Source: Octopus vulgaris
Taxonomy: Eukaryota
Assembly (NCBI GenBank): GCA_951406725.2
Contig: OX597814.1
Coordinates: forward strand, 64,604,001-64,668,000
Direction: 5' to 3'
Length of the DNA: 64,000 nt
Translations under genes and position numbers: made by a program
Notes under the pieces: model-generated
Database searches by the model: none
Told to the model about the DNA's origin: nothing
What the model saw: only the letters and a program-made list of their open reading frames with translations
Shown: piece after piece, positions 29,006 to 42,100 of the stretch
Position numbering within the stretch: the stretch's first letter is position 1
Layout of the letters: every line of letters starts with the position of its first letter

Positions 29006-29185
29006 GGATGTATATTACAACGCAACTATATAAACGTATAATTTCATGCCTACGCACATACGCATACACACACACACACACACACAAACACACACCAACA
29101 CACATAGCTTGTACTTTATGTGTGCGTACGTGTGTAGGCGTGTTACCTTTGCTCGTTCATTACTTTGTTTTGTATACGCGCATAG

Positions 29186-29233
29186 TTAAAATTACATCTG
29201 GTTTCGCCACTTAAATCGCTCATCAGACAATAA
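29186..29233 (-). ncRNA. Degenerate type I hammerhead motif
   Basis: ttattgt-CTGATGA-gcgat-ttaa-gtggc-GAAA-ccagatg-TA-attttaa; intact core, mismatched stems. Confidence 0.55.
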
Positions 29234-29519
29234 TGAATGTATGGGTAATAATTCAGAATGTATTGTATAGATGAGCACCTTTCAAGTAAATCTGCTGCAC
29301 CAAGAATATGATTATTGTTATTCAGTTCGGTGCATAAAGCACCGATTTCTTTCTTAGTAGAGTTATTGAGAATTCGTTTTGCAACAACGCCAGAAATATA
29401 ATACAACAATCACACAACCATCTACGAGAGATCTCATTTTAATTTGAATATTTTTGATTTGTCTTGCAAAGAGATATTAGTACAAATATTACCAAGGTAT
29501 ATTACCCCCCTACACACAC

Positions 29520-29617
<98 letters not shown>

Positions 29618-29644
29618 AGATAGATAGATAGATAGATAGATATA

Positions 29645-29965
29645 GGCGTAACTGTGTGGTAAAAAGATTGCTTCCCAACCATATGGTTCCGGGTTCAGTG
29701 CCACGGCGTGGAACGTTAGTCAAGTGTCTTCTTTTATCGCCTCAAGCTGACCAGAATCTTGTGAGTGGATTTGGTTGACGGAAACCGAAAGAAATTTGTC
29801 GTATATATGTATATATAAATGTGCGTGTGTGTGTGTGTTTGAGTCTATATTTGTCCCCCACTACCACTTGACAACTGGTGTTGGTGAGTACAAGGCATAA
29901 CAAAATATAACTACTATGGTCAATTCATTCCTCTAGAAAAATTGTTCAGCGGTGTCCCAGTATGG
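29645..29965 (+). mobile_element. SINE family A
   Basis: ggcgtaactgtgtggtaaaagattgcttcccaaccatatggttccgggttcagt head plus decayed 3' module. Confidence 0.8.
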
Positions 29966-30508
29966 CTACAATTTAATAACTGAAACGCGCCCGCGCACAC
30001 ACACACACGCATGCACGCACACACTTGATGTCACTGACATACATGTATTTATATTGTGGTTTGTCTGATTTATATGTATATATATATATATATAAATATA
30101 TACATATAAATCCCCCCCCCCCAAAAAAAAAAAAAACGGAATAAGAACGTAACGAACGATAATAAAAACATACGGACAGATAGCCGATACAAAGACGGAC
30201 AGGGAAAACCATGGTCGAATCATTCGTGGCCTTCTGTTCATCAGTCAAGCTTCCAGTTATTACAATTTCGGCCTGATACACTTAAGACTTTTCAACATTT
30301 TGGGAAGAAACCAAGCGAATATGTACGACAACACAGACAAAAAAAAAAGAAGAGTCCAGAAGTGTTGCAGGATATTCCGGGGTCGTCTCAAGGCCGTAGT
30401 TGAAGCCAATGGCAATTCTATTGAATAAATTTACTCTTTAATATTTTAAGATATTTTTATATAATTTGGGCAAATATATCTGTTAAAATGAGATGTTAGT
30501 GTTATTTT

Positions 30509-30580
30509 CATTAGTTCACGCGGATAGCCGAGCTCTTCATCGACTGACGAGCCGAGTGATCCCCCTCCCCGTCCAGGGTT
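30509..30580 (-). pseudogene. 5.8S rRNA 5'-half fragment
   Basis: Minus strand aaaccctggacg...ggatcactcggctcgtcagtcgatgaagagctcggctatccgcgtgaactaatg contains the conserved GGATCACTCGGCTCG and CGATGAAGA motifs. Confidence 0.9.
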
Positions 30581-31000
30581 TCGGTATTTGCTACCACTGT
30601 TACCGATGACCACGAACTGAAAGGGACTCAGCGCGGCGCGATGCCGCGCGTTGGCCGCTAAGGAAAAAAATGAATCGAAATGGAAACCGAGCAACGGCGG
30701 CATCAGCGGAACAGCCGGCCGCCGGCGGACGCGGGAGATGAAGGAAAACTGAGAGAGAGCGCGGATCATGGAGCCTCAAAATGTACAGCACCGTCGGCCG
30801 AGCGCTCTGGTTGTCGGGCGGGCGCCGGCTGGATGAGACTTGCGCGGTCGGCAGCGAGCGCGCGCAGCATGGGAGCGGGCCGCCGCACTGCTGCTGTTGC
30901 ACTGTTAGAGTGCCGACGAGATGAAGTCGAGGTCCCCGGCCGCGGCGTAGGAATGGGGCGGTTCGCCGGTTTATCGTGCGTTCAACACCACCGCGTTCGC
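30581..31000 (-). other. Probable ITS1 fragment (GC- and CpG-rich)
   Basis: Contiguous with and upstream of the 5.8S 5' end; far more GC-rich than the flanks. Confidence 0.7.
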
Positions 31001-32609
31001 GTGAATTAGACGACAATTTATTCACCGCACTCTGTATATACATACTCACACATACATACGTAGAGAATATTCAAGGGAGGCAACACACATACATACACAG
31101 AGAATATACAAGAGAGACGTTTTCATGAACTGACATAATGTAATAGGTTTAGATTATGAGTACTCAGTTTGGTTTACCACCAAAACTACGGCTTGAACAA
31201 CAGCTAAAAAGTGTGATGTTGAGATTGCCTATCAAAGATGACGAGAAGAGGTTTCTTCTTGAGCGGGTGGATATAGATTAGAAGAAAATGAAAAGACAAA
31301 ACATTTGTCATCACCCAAAAGAAGCATTTAATTTAGGTAGGGAATATAAACATATAATCTCTTACAGCTGTTTCTAGAATAGTCACGCCTATGGACTATG
31401 GTATTGAATAAGGATTCCGTAAGCTGGATAACCCATTATCCGAGAGGGAGAAGGCAGGGAAATGTAATGATGAATAAATATCCCTTATCGAGGATATTAG
31501 TATATTCCAGTTGACAAAAATGAAGGGAAGATCAGGGTAAAATAAGTAGGAGTTATGCAGTTCAATGATCAAATGAATAATAAAGTTATAGGTGAGGTCC
31601 ATTAGCACGTTCAAATGAGAATGCACGATGATAATCCAGGATAGGAATAGTGGAAGTTCCATTTTTGAACAGAATTAATGTAAACGACTTGCCCGCTCCC
31701 CCGAAATTGCTGGCCTTGTGCCAAAATTTAAAACCAATATTCGTTAGACATCTGTTACTTTTGTTCTTCTTTGGTCTCATTTATTTCTTTAACGAAAATG
31801 TGCCCCATTTCCACGTCTATCAGTCATATCAGTGTTTCTCAACACTAGTTATATGATTGTTTTAGTTGCTTACTCCAGTAGCTTTATACTTTCCTATCAT
31901 CCGATGGTGAACTTTCTTCTAGGGCAGACGTCTTTTCAAGCTGAAAAAGCCATATTTAATAATTAAAAAACAAAAGCCGGAGTCACATTAATCCTATTTA
32001 ACAAAAATATTTACAAGAAAACATGGATTTGACTAATTTTTTTCTTAATGTGACGTTTTTGTTTTGAACCTTATCTGACATTTTCCACGACTGAGTAATT
32101 AGTCGGGGCATTTACTTAAATTCTTGATTGCAGGCTTCTTCTTGCTTTTCGTCCTTTCTCTTTCCCCCCTTCTTTCATTTATTCATTCATCGATTCATTT
32201 CTTCACTCATTTCTTCATATCCCTTTATCTTTCCTTTTCCCATGATTTTTAGTGTCTCTTTTCCTCTTCTTCAGTTCTATATTTGATCTTCGATTCTGAA
32301 CACCTATTACATCTTTCCGCCTCCATCTTCTTTCATCTATGCAGAAAGACTTTCTCCTTGTGTTTGTTTGTTTCCTTCTTTTTCTCTCCTACCCGTTCCT
32401 TCTCTTTCTCGCTCTCCTTTTCTCTCTATCTTTCTGGCCAAACGTTCCTTGAACTAACAGTGAAAACCCCTATCGAACTCTCGTACTCTTGTCTTTTATC
32501 ACCGCTACCACTACCATCACATTCACCGCATGTACCGCAAACTTAAATACAGAAACCACAAACATCACTGCCACAGCCGCCGCAATCATCCCCACTACAG
32601 CAACAATAG

Positions 32610-32765
<156 letters not shown>

Positions 32766-34709
32766 TTGCTGCTACTACCCCTACCACTAGTACTATGCCG
32801 ACGACGACCACCACCACCATCATCAATACCACCACCAGCAACACCACCGATTTCACCACCGTTCAACCCCACCAAAACAAAAAAAAAAACATCACCACAG
32901 TAGCATCACAAAAATGCTCCCAGCCCCCTTATTACTTTAATCCTTACAAAGAAACACAACTACGACTCCCACCTCCACTTCTCTTCGTGCTACCCTTATC
33001 ATTTTACAACCTAAAATCACACCATCACCATCGCTTCCACCCCCAACTGTGTGAGTACTACTACCTCTATAACACTTTCCATGTCAATCATTACATCACC
33101 AGCATCACCACCACCACCACTACCAACACCACCACCGCCACTACCATAAAGGGAACCTCTACATCGTTGTGACACTTGAAAGAAATAGAAATCATATATT
33201 CCTAAATCTTTGAAAAAACAAAGTCGAATAAAGTAATTGTGAGCTTTCTGCACATAGGAAAAAAATTGGATAGATAGTCACGGCTGGAATGCTTTTGATC
33301 AAAGACTTGTTCAATTGGGTCTGAGACGTGGTTTAAATAACAAGAACCGACGTTTATGTCACTACTTTCAAAAACAACAACATAATTCCAGTACTGAAAA
33401 CCTCTAGCTCTACAACCTCCTCTACCATCATCATCACAACTAACTTAGCACTATTATTATCCCTGCTGCTATTACCACCACCATCTCACCAATAGTAACA
33501 CGAACTAATGACAAGGCCTCGACATAGTCGCTAGACTTAATAAATATACTTGCCCAATGTCCATCAAATCATATTTAGCTAACTTTCTGTAGTAAAAAAG
33601 GAGAGTATACTGGGTTGTGTTAACCAAGTAAAATTTTCTGAATGAAAGATAGGATAGTCATAGATGGAATGTGCTTGAACATAGGATAATATAAAGAGCG
33701 ACAACAACAACAACAAAATTAAAGCTCGATCTGGTAGTAGTAATATACGTTAATGAAAACGGGATGAAACCGGTTGGGACGTCTTTGATGTTAGCTTTGC
33801 TAAATCTGGTTCTAAACACGACTAGCGATCGCACACCACCAACACCACCATCACCACCACTACCACCTTCATCATCATCGGTATCATCATCATCATCATC
33901 ATCATCATTATCATCGTCGTCGTCATTTTATCCTCATCATCCTCATCAACCTCCTCCACCTCCTCATCCTCATCCTCCTCACTTTCATTATCATCGTCGT
34001 CGTCACAGCCGCTGCCGTCGGTGTGGTTGAAACAAATGTCACCTCTCGTCATATCAGTTCCATCCTCATCATTATCACCATCATCACTACAACCATCTCC
34101 ATCCACACCATCATCATCATTATCACCTTACTCAATCCCCACTTTCGTCCCAATCACTACTGGTACTACCTCCAGCACTACCATTACCATCACCGCTGCC
34201 GCCGCCGTCGTCGTTATCATCATCAACATCAACATAATGGTTACTTTGAAGACAAATCTCACCATCAGCACCATCACCATAACACCATGACTATGTTCAA
34301 CACTATTCCTTCGCCACCATTACAACTGCTACGATTTCTGCTGCTACCATCACCACCACCACCGCCGCAACCACCTCTGCCACCACTTCTGCCACCATCA
34401 CTACCATTATTATTGCATTAATGTTTCCAATACCATTATGGTTGTATGAGAGTAGTGGAAAAAATTGAACTACACTTATTACGATAACGATCCCTTATTC
34501 CTGAGTTCGAACAGCGCTTCCGTCAGTCATTGTGTTTGAGAGTAGAGGGTCAACTACTACCAGCAGAACAGCAACACTTCTTTGAAATAGCTACGGCAAC
34601 TACAATACTAGAATAGCGATAACTCTAAAACAGAAACAACAATAACCACCGCCAACACCACCACCACCACCACCACCACCACTACTTCTACTACTACTAC
34701 TACTACTAC

Positions 34710-34757
<48 letters not shown>

Positions 34758-35225
34758 CCCGCAGCACGATATAAACCATATGCGTCACCATCCCCACCAT
34801 CCTCACCATCACCGGCATCATTTTATCCAGCCATATTTCAAAGTCTCTTATCGCAATATCAAGTATGTACAGATAAAGAGAGGGAAGGACGAAGAGGCTA
34901 ACAGTGAGAGGGGTCAAGACAAAAATTGAGAGAGTGAGAGAAAGTGAGAGAGAGAGAGAGAGCGGGGGCAGTGCGACATAGGCACATACACTCACAAGCA
35001 CACATAAATCAGAGCCATACACACACATATGCAGCACTGCATGCGCTTGACTTGGTTGATTTGCCCTAAGTCAACGTCAAAACACCTGATCCTCGTTTTC
35101 ATATAACGTTATGAATATGGTTAGCGGGTTGAATGTGTGATCTGCCTTGTTTCACATTCAGAAATTTCTAGCGAACAAGCATTTTTCAAAATGGTCTATA
35201 GTGTTCAGTAATAATAATAATAATG

Positions 35226-35327
<102 letters not shown>

Positions 35328-35417
35328 ATAGTAATGATAATAATTAAAATAATAATAATAATAATAATAATAGTAATAATAATAATAATAATAATTATAA
35401 TAATTAAATAATTATTA

Positions 35418-35462
<45 letters not shown>

Positions 35463-35615
35463 GTTCAGTAAAATTTAGATTCAGTTGAATATGGTACTTA
35501 AGTTAAAGGCACCAGAATTTAGTATGGTATTATCCATACTTTCATATTATCAAAATGGGGTGATTATAATCAAAATAAGCAACAAGGATATCCAGATATC
35601 CTCTGGATATCCTTG

Positions 35616-35658
<43 letters not shown>

Positions 35659-35668
<10 letters not shown>

Positions 35669-36168
35669 GAGGGCATTATACATACATGCCAGAAAGCATT
35701 ATATATACATGCCAAACGCTAAGAGGGACAATTAGTCATTTCTACCAAAAATATTACTAATCCCACCGAATGCAATTTTTCAAAGTAAGACATTTAAAAA
35801 AATATAGACCTGTATCACAGTGATTTCATACTTACGTACTCATCAGCAGGCCTGAATGCATTATAAATAAACAACGACCCTGCCCCGCTTAAGTCGATCA
35901 GCTAACTGTTCAACATCAACGAAGCACATGGGTGGGTTTACATATATTACATCCTGTCAAATGGCAAACTTTTACGAATTGCATTTCGGGAGAGGAAAAG
36001 TTTTTTCGGAATAAAAATTTAGCAATTAAGGACAACTACTTAATAAGGAAAACTTAACAAGAAATTGTCAGGTAGATAGCGTAAAAACCTCATAAGAGAA
36101 AAAATTTCGAAAATAATTATTTCTTATTGAACATATTAATTTATATATAGAGGGCATTATACATACAT
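35659..36168 (-). repeat. Inverted arm: one 481-bp unit plus ~29 nt
   Basis: Reverse complement of the array unit with two private substitutions; merges into (TA)n at 35618-35658. Confidence 0.96.
35806..35853 (-). ncRNA. Type I hammerhead ribozyme (inverted arm)
   Basis: Same motif as in the array units, on the opposite strand. Confidence 0.85.
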
Positions 36169-36172
36169 AAAG

Positions 36173-39100
36173 GCCTTCTGGCATGTATGTATAATGCCCT
36201 CTATATATAAATTAATATGTTCAATAAGAAATAATTATTTTCGAAATTTTTTCTCTTATGAGGTTTTTACGCTATCTACCTGACAATTTCTTGTTAAGTT
36301 TTCCTTATTAAGTAGTTGTCCTTAATTGCTAAATTTTTATTCCGAAAAACTTTTCCTCTCCCGAAATGCAATTCGTAAAAGTTTGCCATTTGACAGGATG
36401 TAATATATGTAAACTCACCCATGTGCTTCGTTGATGTTGAACAGTTAGCTGATCGACTTAAGCGGGGCAGGGTCGTTGTTTATTTATAATGCATTCAGGC
36501 CTGCTGATGAGTACGTAAGTATGAAATCACTGTGATACAGGTCTATATTTTTTTAAATGTCTTACTTTGAAAAATTGCATTCGGTGGGATTAGTAATATT
36601 TTTGGTAGAAATGACTAATTGTCCCTCTTAGCGTTTGGCATGTATATATAATGCCTTCTGGCATGTATGTATAATGCCCTCTATATATAAATTAATATGT
36701 TCAATAAGAAATAATTATTTTCGAAATTTTTTCTCTTATGAGGTTTTTACGCTATCTACCTGACAATTTCTTGTTAAGTTTTCCTTATTAAGTAGTTGTC
36801 CTTAATTGCTAAATTTTTATTCCGAAAAAACTTTTCCTCTCCCGAAATGCAATTCGTAAAAGTTTGCCATTTGACAGGATGTAATATATGTAAACTCACC
36901 CATGTGCTTCGTTGATGTTGAACAGTTAGCTGATCGACTTAAGCGGGGCAGGGTCGTTGTTTATTTATAATGCATTCAGGCCTGCTGATGAGTACGTAAG
37001 TATGAAATCACTGTGATACAGGTCTATATTTTTTTAAATGTCTTACTTTGAAAAATTGCATTCGGTGGGATTAGTAATATTTTTGGTAGAAATGACTAAT
37101 TGTCCCTCTTAGCGTTTGGCATGTATATATAATGCCTTCTGGCATGTATGTATAATGCCCTCTATATATAAATTAATATGTTCAATAAGAAATAATTATT
37201 TTCGAAATTTTTTCTCTTAGGTTTTTACGCTATCTACCTGACAATTTCTTGTTAAGTTTTCCTTATTAAGTAGTTGTCCTTAATTGCTAAATTTTTATTC
37301 CGAAAAAACTTTTCCTCTCCCGAAATGCAATTCGTAAAAGTTTGCCATTTGACAGGATGTAATATATGTAAACTCACCCATGTGCTTCGTTGATGTTGAA
37401 CAGTTAGCTGATCGACTTAAGCGGGGCAGGGTCGTTGTTTATTTATAATGCATTCAGGCCTGCTGATGAGTACGTAAGTATGAAATCACTGTGATACAGG
37501 TCTATATTTTTTTAAATGTCTTACTTTGAAAAATTGCATTCGGTGGGATTAGTAATATTTTTGGTAGAAATGACTAATTGTCCCTCTTAGCGTTTGGCAT
37601 GTATATATAATGCCTTCTGGCATGTATGTATAATGCCCTCTATATATAAATTAATATGTTCAATAAGAAATAATTATTTTCGAAATTTTTTCTCTTATGA
37701 GGTTTTTACGCTATCTACCTGACAATTTCTTGTTAAGTTTTCCTTATTAAGTAGTTGTCCTTAATTGCTAAATTTTTATTCCGAAAAAACTTTTCCTCTC
37801 CCGAAATGCAATTCGTAAAAGTTTGCCATTTGACAGGATGTAATATATGTAAACTCACCCATGTGCTTCGTTGATGTTGAACAGTTAGCTGATCGACTTA
37901 AGCGGGGCAGGGTCGTTGTTTATTTATAATGCATTCAGGCCTGCTGATGAGTACGTAAGTATGAAATCACTGTGATACAGGTCTATATTTTTTTAAATGT
38001 CTTACTTTGAAAAATTGCATTCGGTGGGATTAGTAATATTTTTGGTAGAAATGACTAATTGTCCCTCTTAGCGTTTGGCATGTATATATAATGCCTTCTG
38101 GCATGTATGTATAATGCCCTCTATATATAAATTAATATGTTCAATAAGAAATAATTATTTTCGAAATTTTTTCTCTTATGAGGTTTTTACGCTATCTACC
38201 TGACAATTTCTTGTTAAGTTTTCCTTATTAAGTAGTTGTCCTTAATTGCTAAATTTTTATTCCGAAAAAACTTTTCCTCTCCCGAAATGCAATTCGTAAA
38301 AGTTTGCCATTTGACAGGATGTAATATATGTAAACTCACCCATGTGCTTCGTTGATGTTGAACAGTTAGCTGATCGACTTAAGCGGGGCAGGGTCGTTGT
38401 TTATTTATAATGCATTCAGGCCTGCTGATGAGTACGTAAGTATGAAATCACTGTGATACAGGTCTATATTTTTTTAAATGTCTTACTTTGAAAAATTGCA
38501 TTCGGTGGGATTAGTAATATTTTTGGTAGAAATGACTAATTGTCCCTCTTAGCGTTTGGCATGTATATATAATGCCTTCTGGCATGTATGTATAATGCCC
38601 TCTATATATAAATTAATATGTTCAATAAGAAATAATTATTTTCGAAATTTTTTCTCTTATGAGGTTTTTACGCTATCTACCTGACAATTTCTTGTTAAGT
38701 TTTCCTTATTAAGTAGTTGTCCTTAATTGCTAAATTTTTATTCCGAAAAAACTTTTCCTCTCCCGAAATGCAATTCGTAAAAGTTTGCCATTTGACAGGA
38801 TGTAATATATGTAAACTCACCCATGTGCTTCGTTGATGTTGAACAGTTAGCTGATCGACTTAAGCGGGGCAGGGTCGTTGTTTATTTATAATGCATTCAG
38901 GCCTGCTGATGAGTACGTAAGTATGAAATCACTGTGATACAGGTCTATATTTTTTTTAAATGTCTTACTTTGAAAAATTGCATTCGGTGGGATTAGTAAT
39001 ATTTTTGGTAGAAATGACTAATTGTCCCTCTTAGCGTTTGGCATGTATATATAATGCCTTCTGGCATGTATGTATAATGCCCTCTATATATAAATTAATA

Positions 39101-42100
39101 TGTTCAATAAGAAATAATTATTTTCGAAATTTTTTCTCTTATGAGGTTTTTACGCTATCTACCTGACAATTTCTTGTTAAGTTTTCCTTATTAAGTAGTT
39201 GTCCTTAATTGCTAAATTTTTATTCCGAAAAAACTTTTCCTCTCCCGAAATGCAATTCGTAAAAGTTTGCCATTTGACAGGATGTAATATATGTAAACTC
39301 ACCCATGTGCTTCGTTGATGTTGAACAGTTAGCTGATCGACTTAAGCGGGGCAGGGTCGTTGTTTATTTATAATGCATTCAGGCCTGCTGATGAGTACGT
39401 AAGTATGAAATCACTGTGATACAGGTCTATATCTTTTTAAATGTCTTACTTTGAAAAATTGCATTCGGTGGGATTAGTAATATTTTTGGTAGAAATGACT
39501 AATTGTCCCTCTTAGCGTTTGGCATGTATATATAATGCCTTCTGGCATGTATGTATAATGCCCTCTATATATAAATTAATATGTTCAATAAGAAATAATT
39601 ATTTTCGAAATTTTTTCTCTTATGAGGTTTTTACGCTATCTACCTGACAATTTCTTGTTAAGTTTCCTTATTAAGTAGTTGTCCTTAATTGCTAAATTTT
39701 TATTCCGAAAAAACTTTTCCTCTCCCGAAATGCAATTCGTAAAAGTTTGCCATTTGACAGGATGTAATATATGTAAACTCACCCATGTGCTTCGTTGATG
39801 TTGAACAGTTAGCTGATCGACTTAAGCGGGGCAGGGTCGTTGTTTATTTATAATGCATTCAGGCCTGCTGATGAGTACGTAAGTATGAAATCACTGTGAT
39901 ACAGGTCTATATTTTTTTAAATGTCTTACTTTGAAAAATTGCATTCGGTGGGATTAGTAATATTTTTGGTAGAAATGACTAATTGTCCCTCTTAGCGTTT
40001 GGCATGTATATATAATGCCTTCTGGCATGTATGTATAATGCCCTCTATATATAAATTAATATGTTCAATAAGAAATAATTATTTTCGAAATTTTTTCTCT
40101 TAGGTTTTTACGCTATCTACCTGACAATTTCTTGTTAAGTTTTCCTTATTAAGTAGTTGTCCTTAATTGCTAAATTTTTATTCCGAAAAAACTTTTCCTC
40201 TCCCGAAATGCAATTCGTAAAAGTTTGCCATTTGACAGGATGTAATATATGTAAACTCACCCATGTGCTTCGTTGATGTTGAACAGTTAGCTGATCGACT
40301 TAAGCGGGGCAGGGTCGTTGTTTATTTATAATGCATTCAGGCCTGCTGATGAGTACGTAAGTATGAAATCACTGTGATACAGGTCTATATTTTTTTAAAT
40401 GTCTTACTTTGAAAAATTGCATTCGGTGGGATTAGTAATATTTTTGGTAGAAATGACTAATTGTCCCTCTTAGCGTTTGGCATGTATATATAATGCCTTC
40501 TGGCATGTATGTATAATGCCCTCTATATATAAATTAATATGTTCAATAAGAAATAATTATTTTCGAAATTTTTTCTCTTATGAGGTTTTTACGCTATCTA
40601 CCTGACAATTTCTTGTTAAGTTTTCCTTATTAAGTAGTTGTCCTTAATTGCTAAATTTTTATTCCGAAAAAACTTTTCCTCTCCCGAAATGCAATTCGTA
40701 AAAGTTTGCCATTTGACAGGATGTAATATATGTAAACTCACCCATGTGCTTCGTTGATGTTGAACAGTTAGCTGATCGACTTAAGCGGGGCAGGGTCGTT
40801 GTTTATTTATAATGCATTCAGGCCTGCTGATGAGTACGTAAGTATGAAATCACTGTGATACAGGTCTATATTTTTTTAAATGTCTTACTTTGAAAAATTG
40901 CATTCGGTGGGATTAGTAATATTTTTGGTAGAAATGACTAATTGTCCCTCTTAGCGTTTGGCATGTATATATAATGCCTTCTGGCATGTATGTATAATGC
41001 CCTCTATATATAAATTAATATGTTCAATAAGAAATAATTATTTTCGAAATTTTTTTCTCTTATGAGGTTTTTACGCTATCTACCTGACAATTTCTTGTTA
41101 AGTTTTCCTTATTAAGTAGTTGTCCTTAATTGCTAAATTTTTATTCCGAAAAAACTTTTCCTCTCCCGAAATGCAATTCGTAAAAGTTTGCCATTTGACA
41201 GGATGTAATATATGTAAACTCACCCATGTGCTTCGTTGATGTTGAACAGTTAGCTGATCGACTTAAGCGGGGCAGGGTCGTTGTTTATTTATAATGCATT
41301 CAGGCCTGCTGATGAGTACGTAAGTATGAAATCACTGTGATACAGGTCTATATTTTTTTTTAAATGTCTTACTTTGAAAAATTGCATTCGGTGGGATTAG
41401 TAATATTTTTGGTAGAAATGACTAATTGTCCCTCTTAGCGTTTGGCATGTATATATAATGCCTTCTGGCATGTATGTATAATGCCCTCTATATATAAATT
41501 AATATGTTCAATAAGAAATAATTATTTTCGAAATTTTTTCTCTTATGAGGTTTTTACGCTATCTACCTGACAATTTCTTGTTAAGTTTTCCTTATTAAGT
41601 AGTTGTCCTTAATTGCTAAATTTTTATTCCGAAAAAACTTTTCCTCTCCCGAAATGCAATTCGTAAAAGTTTGCCATTTGACAGGATGTAATATATGTAA
41701 ACTCACCCATGTGCTTCGTTGATGTTGAACAGTTAGCTGATCGACTTAAGCGGGGCAGGGTCGTTGTTTATTTATAATGCATTCAGGCCTGCTGATGAGT
41801 ACGTAAGTATGAAATCACTGTGATACAGGTCTATATCTTTTTAAATGTCTTACTTTGAAAAATTGCATTCGGTGGGATTAGTAATATTTTTGGTAGAAAT
41901 GACTAATTGTCCCTCTTAGCGTTTGGCATGTATATATAATGCCTTCTGGCATGTATGTATAATGCCCTCTATATATAAATTAATATGTTCAATAAGAAAT
42001 AATTATTTTCGAAATTTTTTCTCTTATGAGGTTTTTACGCTATCTACCTGACAATTTCTTGTTAAGTTTTCCTTATTAAGTAGTTGTCCTTAATTGCTAA

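Larger units (their letters stand above)
30200..31034 (+). mobile_element. Tc1/mariner (maT/DD37D-like) 3' remnant interrupted by rDNA
   Basis: VQKCCRIFRGRLKAVVEANGNSIE* (stop 30426-30428) is a typical C-terminus; the AT-rich 3' UTR resumes after ~31000 and ends caccgcactctg|TA. Confidence 0.65.

Noticed and set aside
30600-31049. GC-rich ORFs or a CpG-island promoter
   Set aside because: Better explained as ITS1 adjoining the 5.8S fragment.
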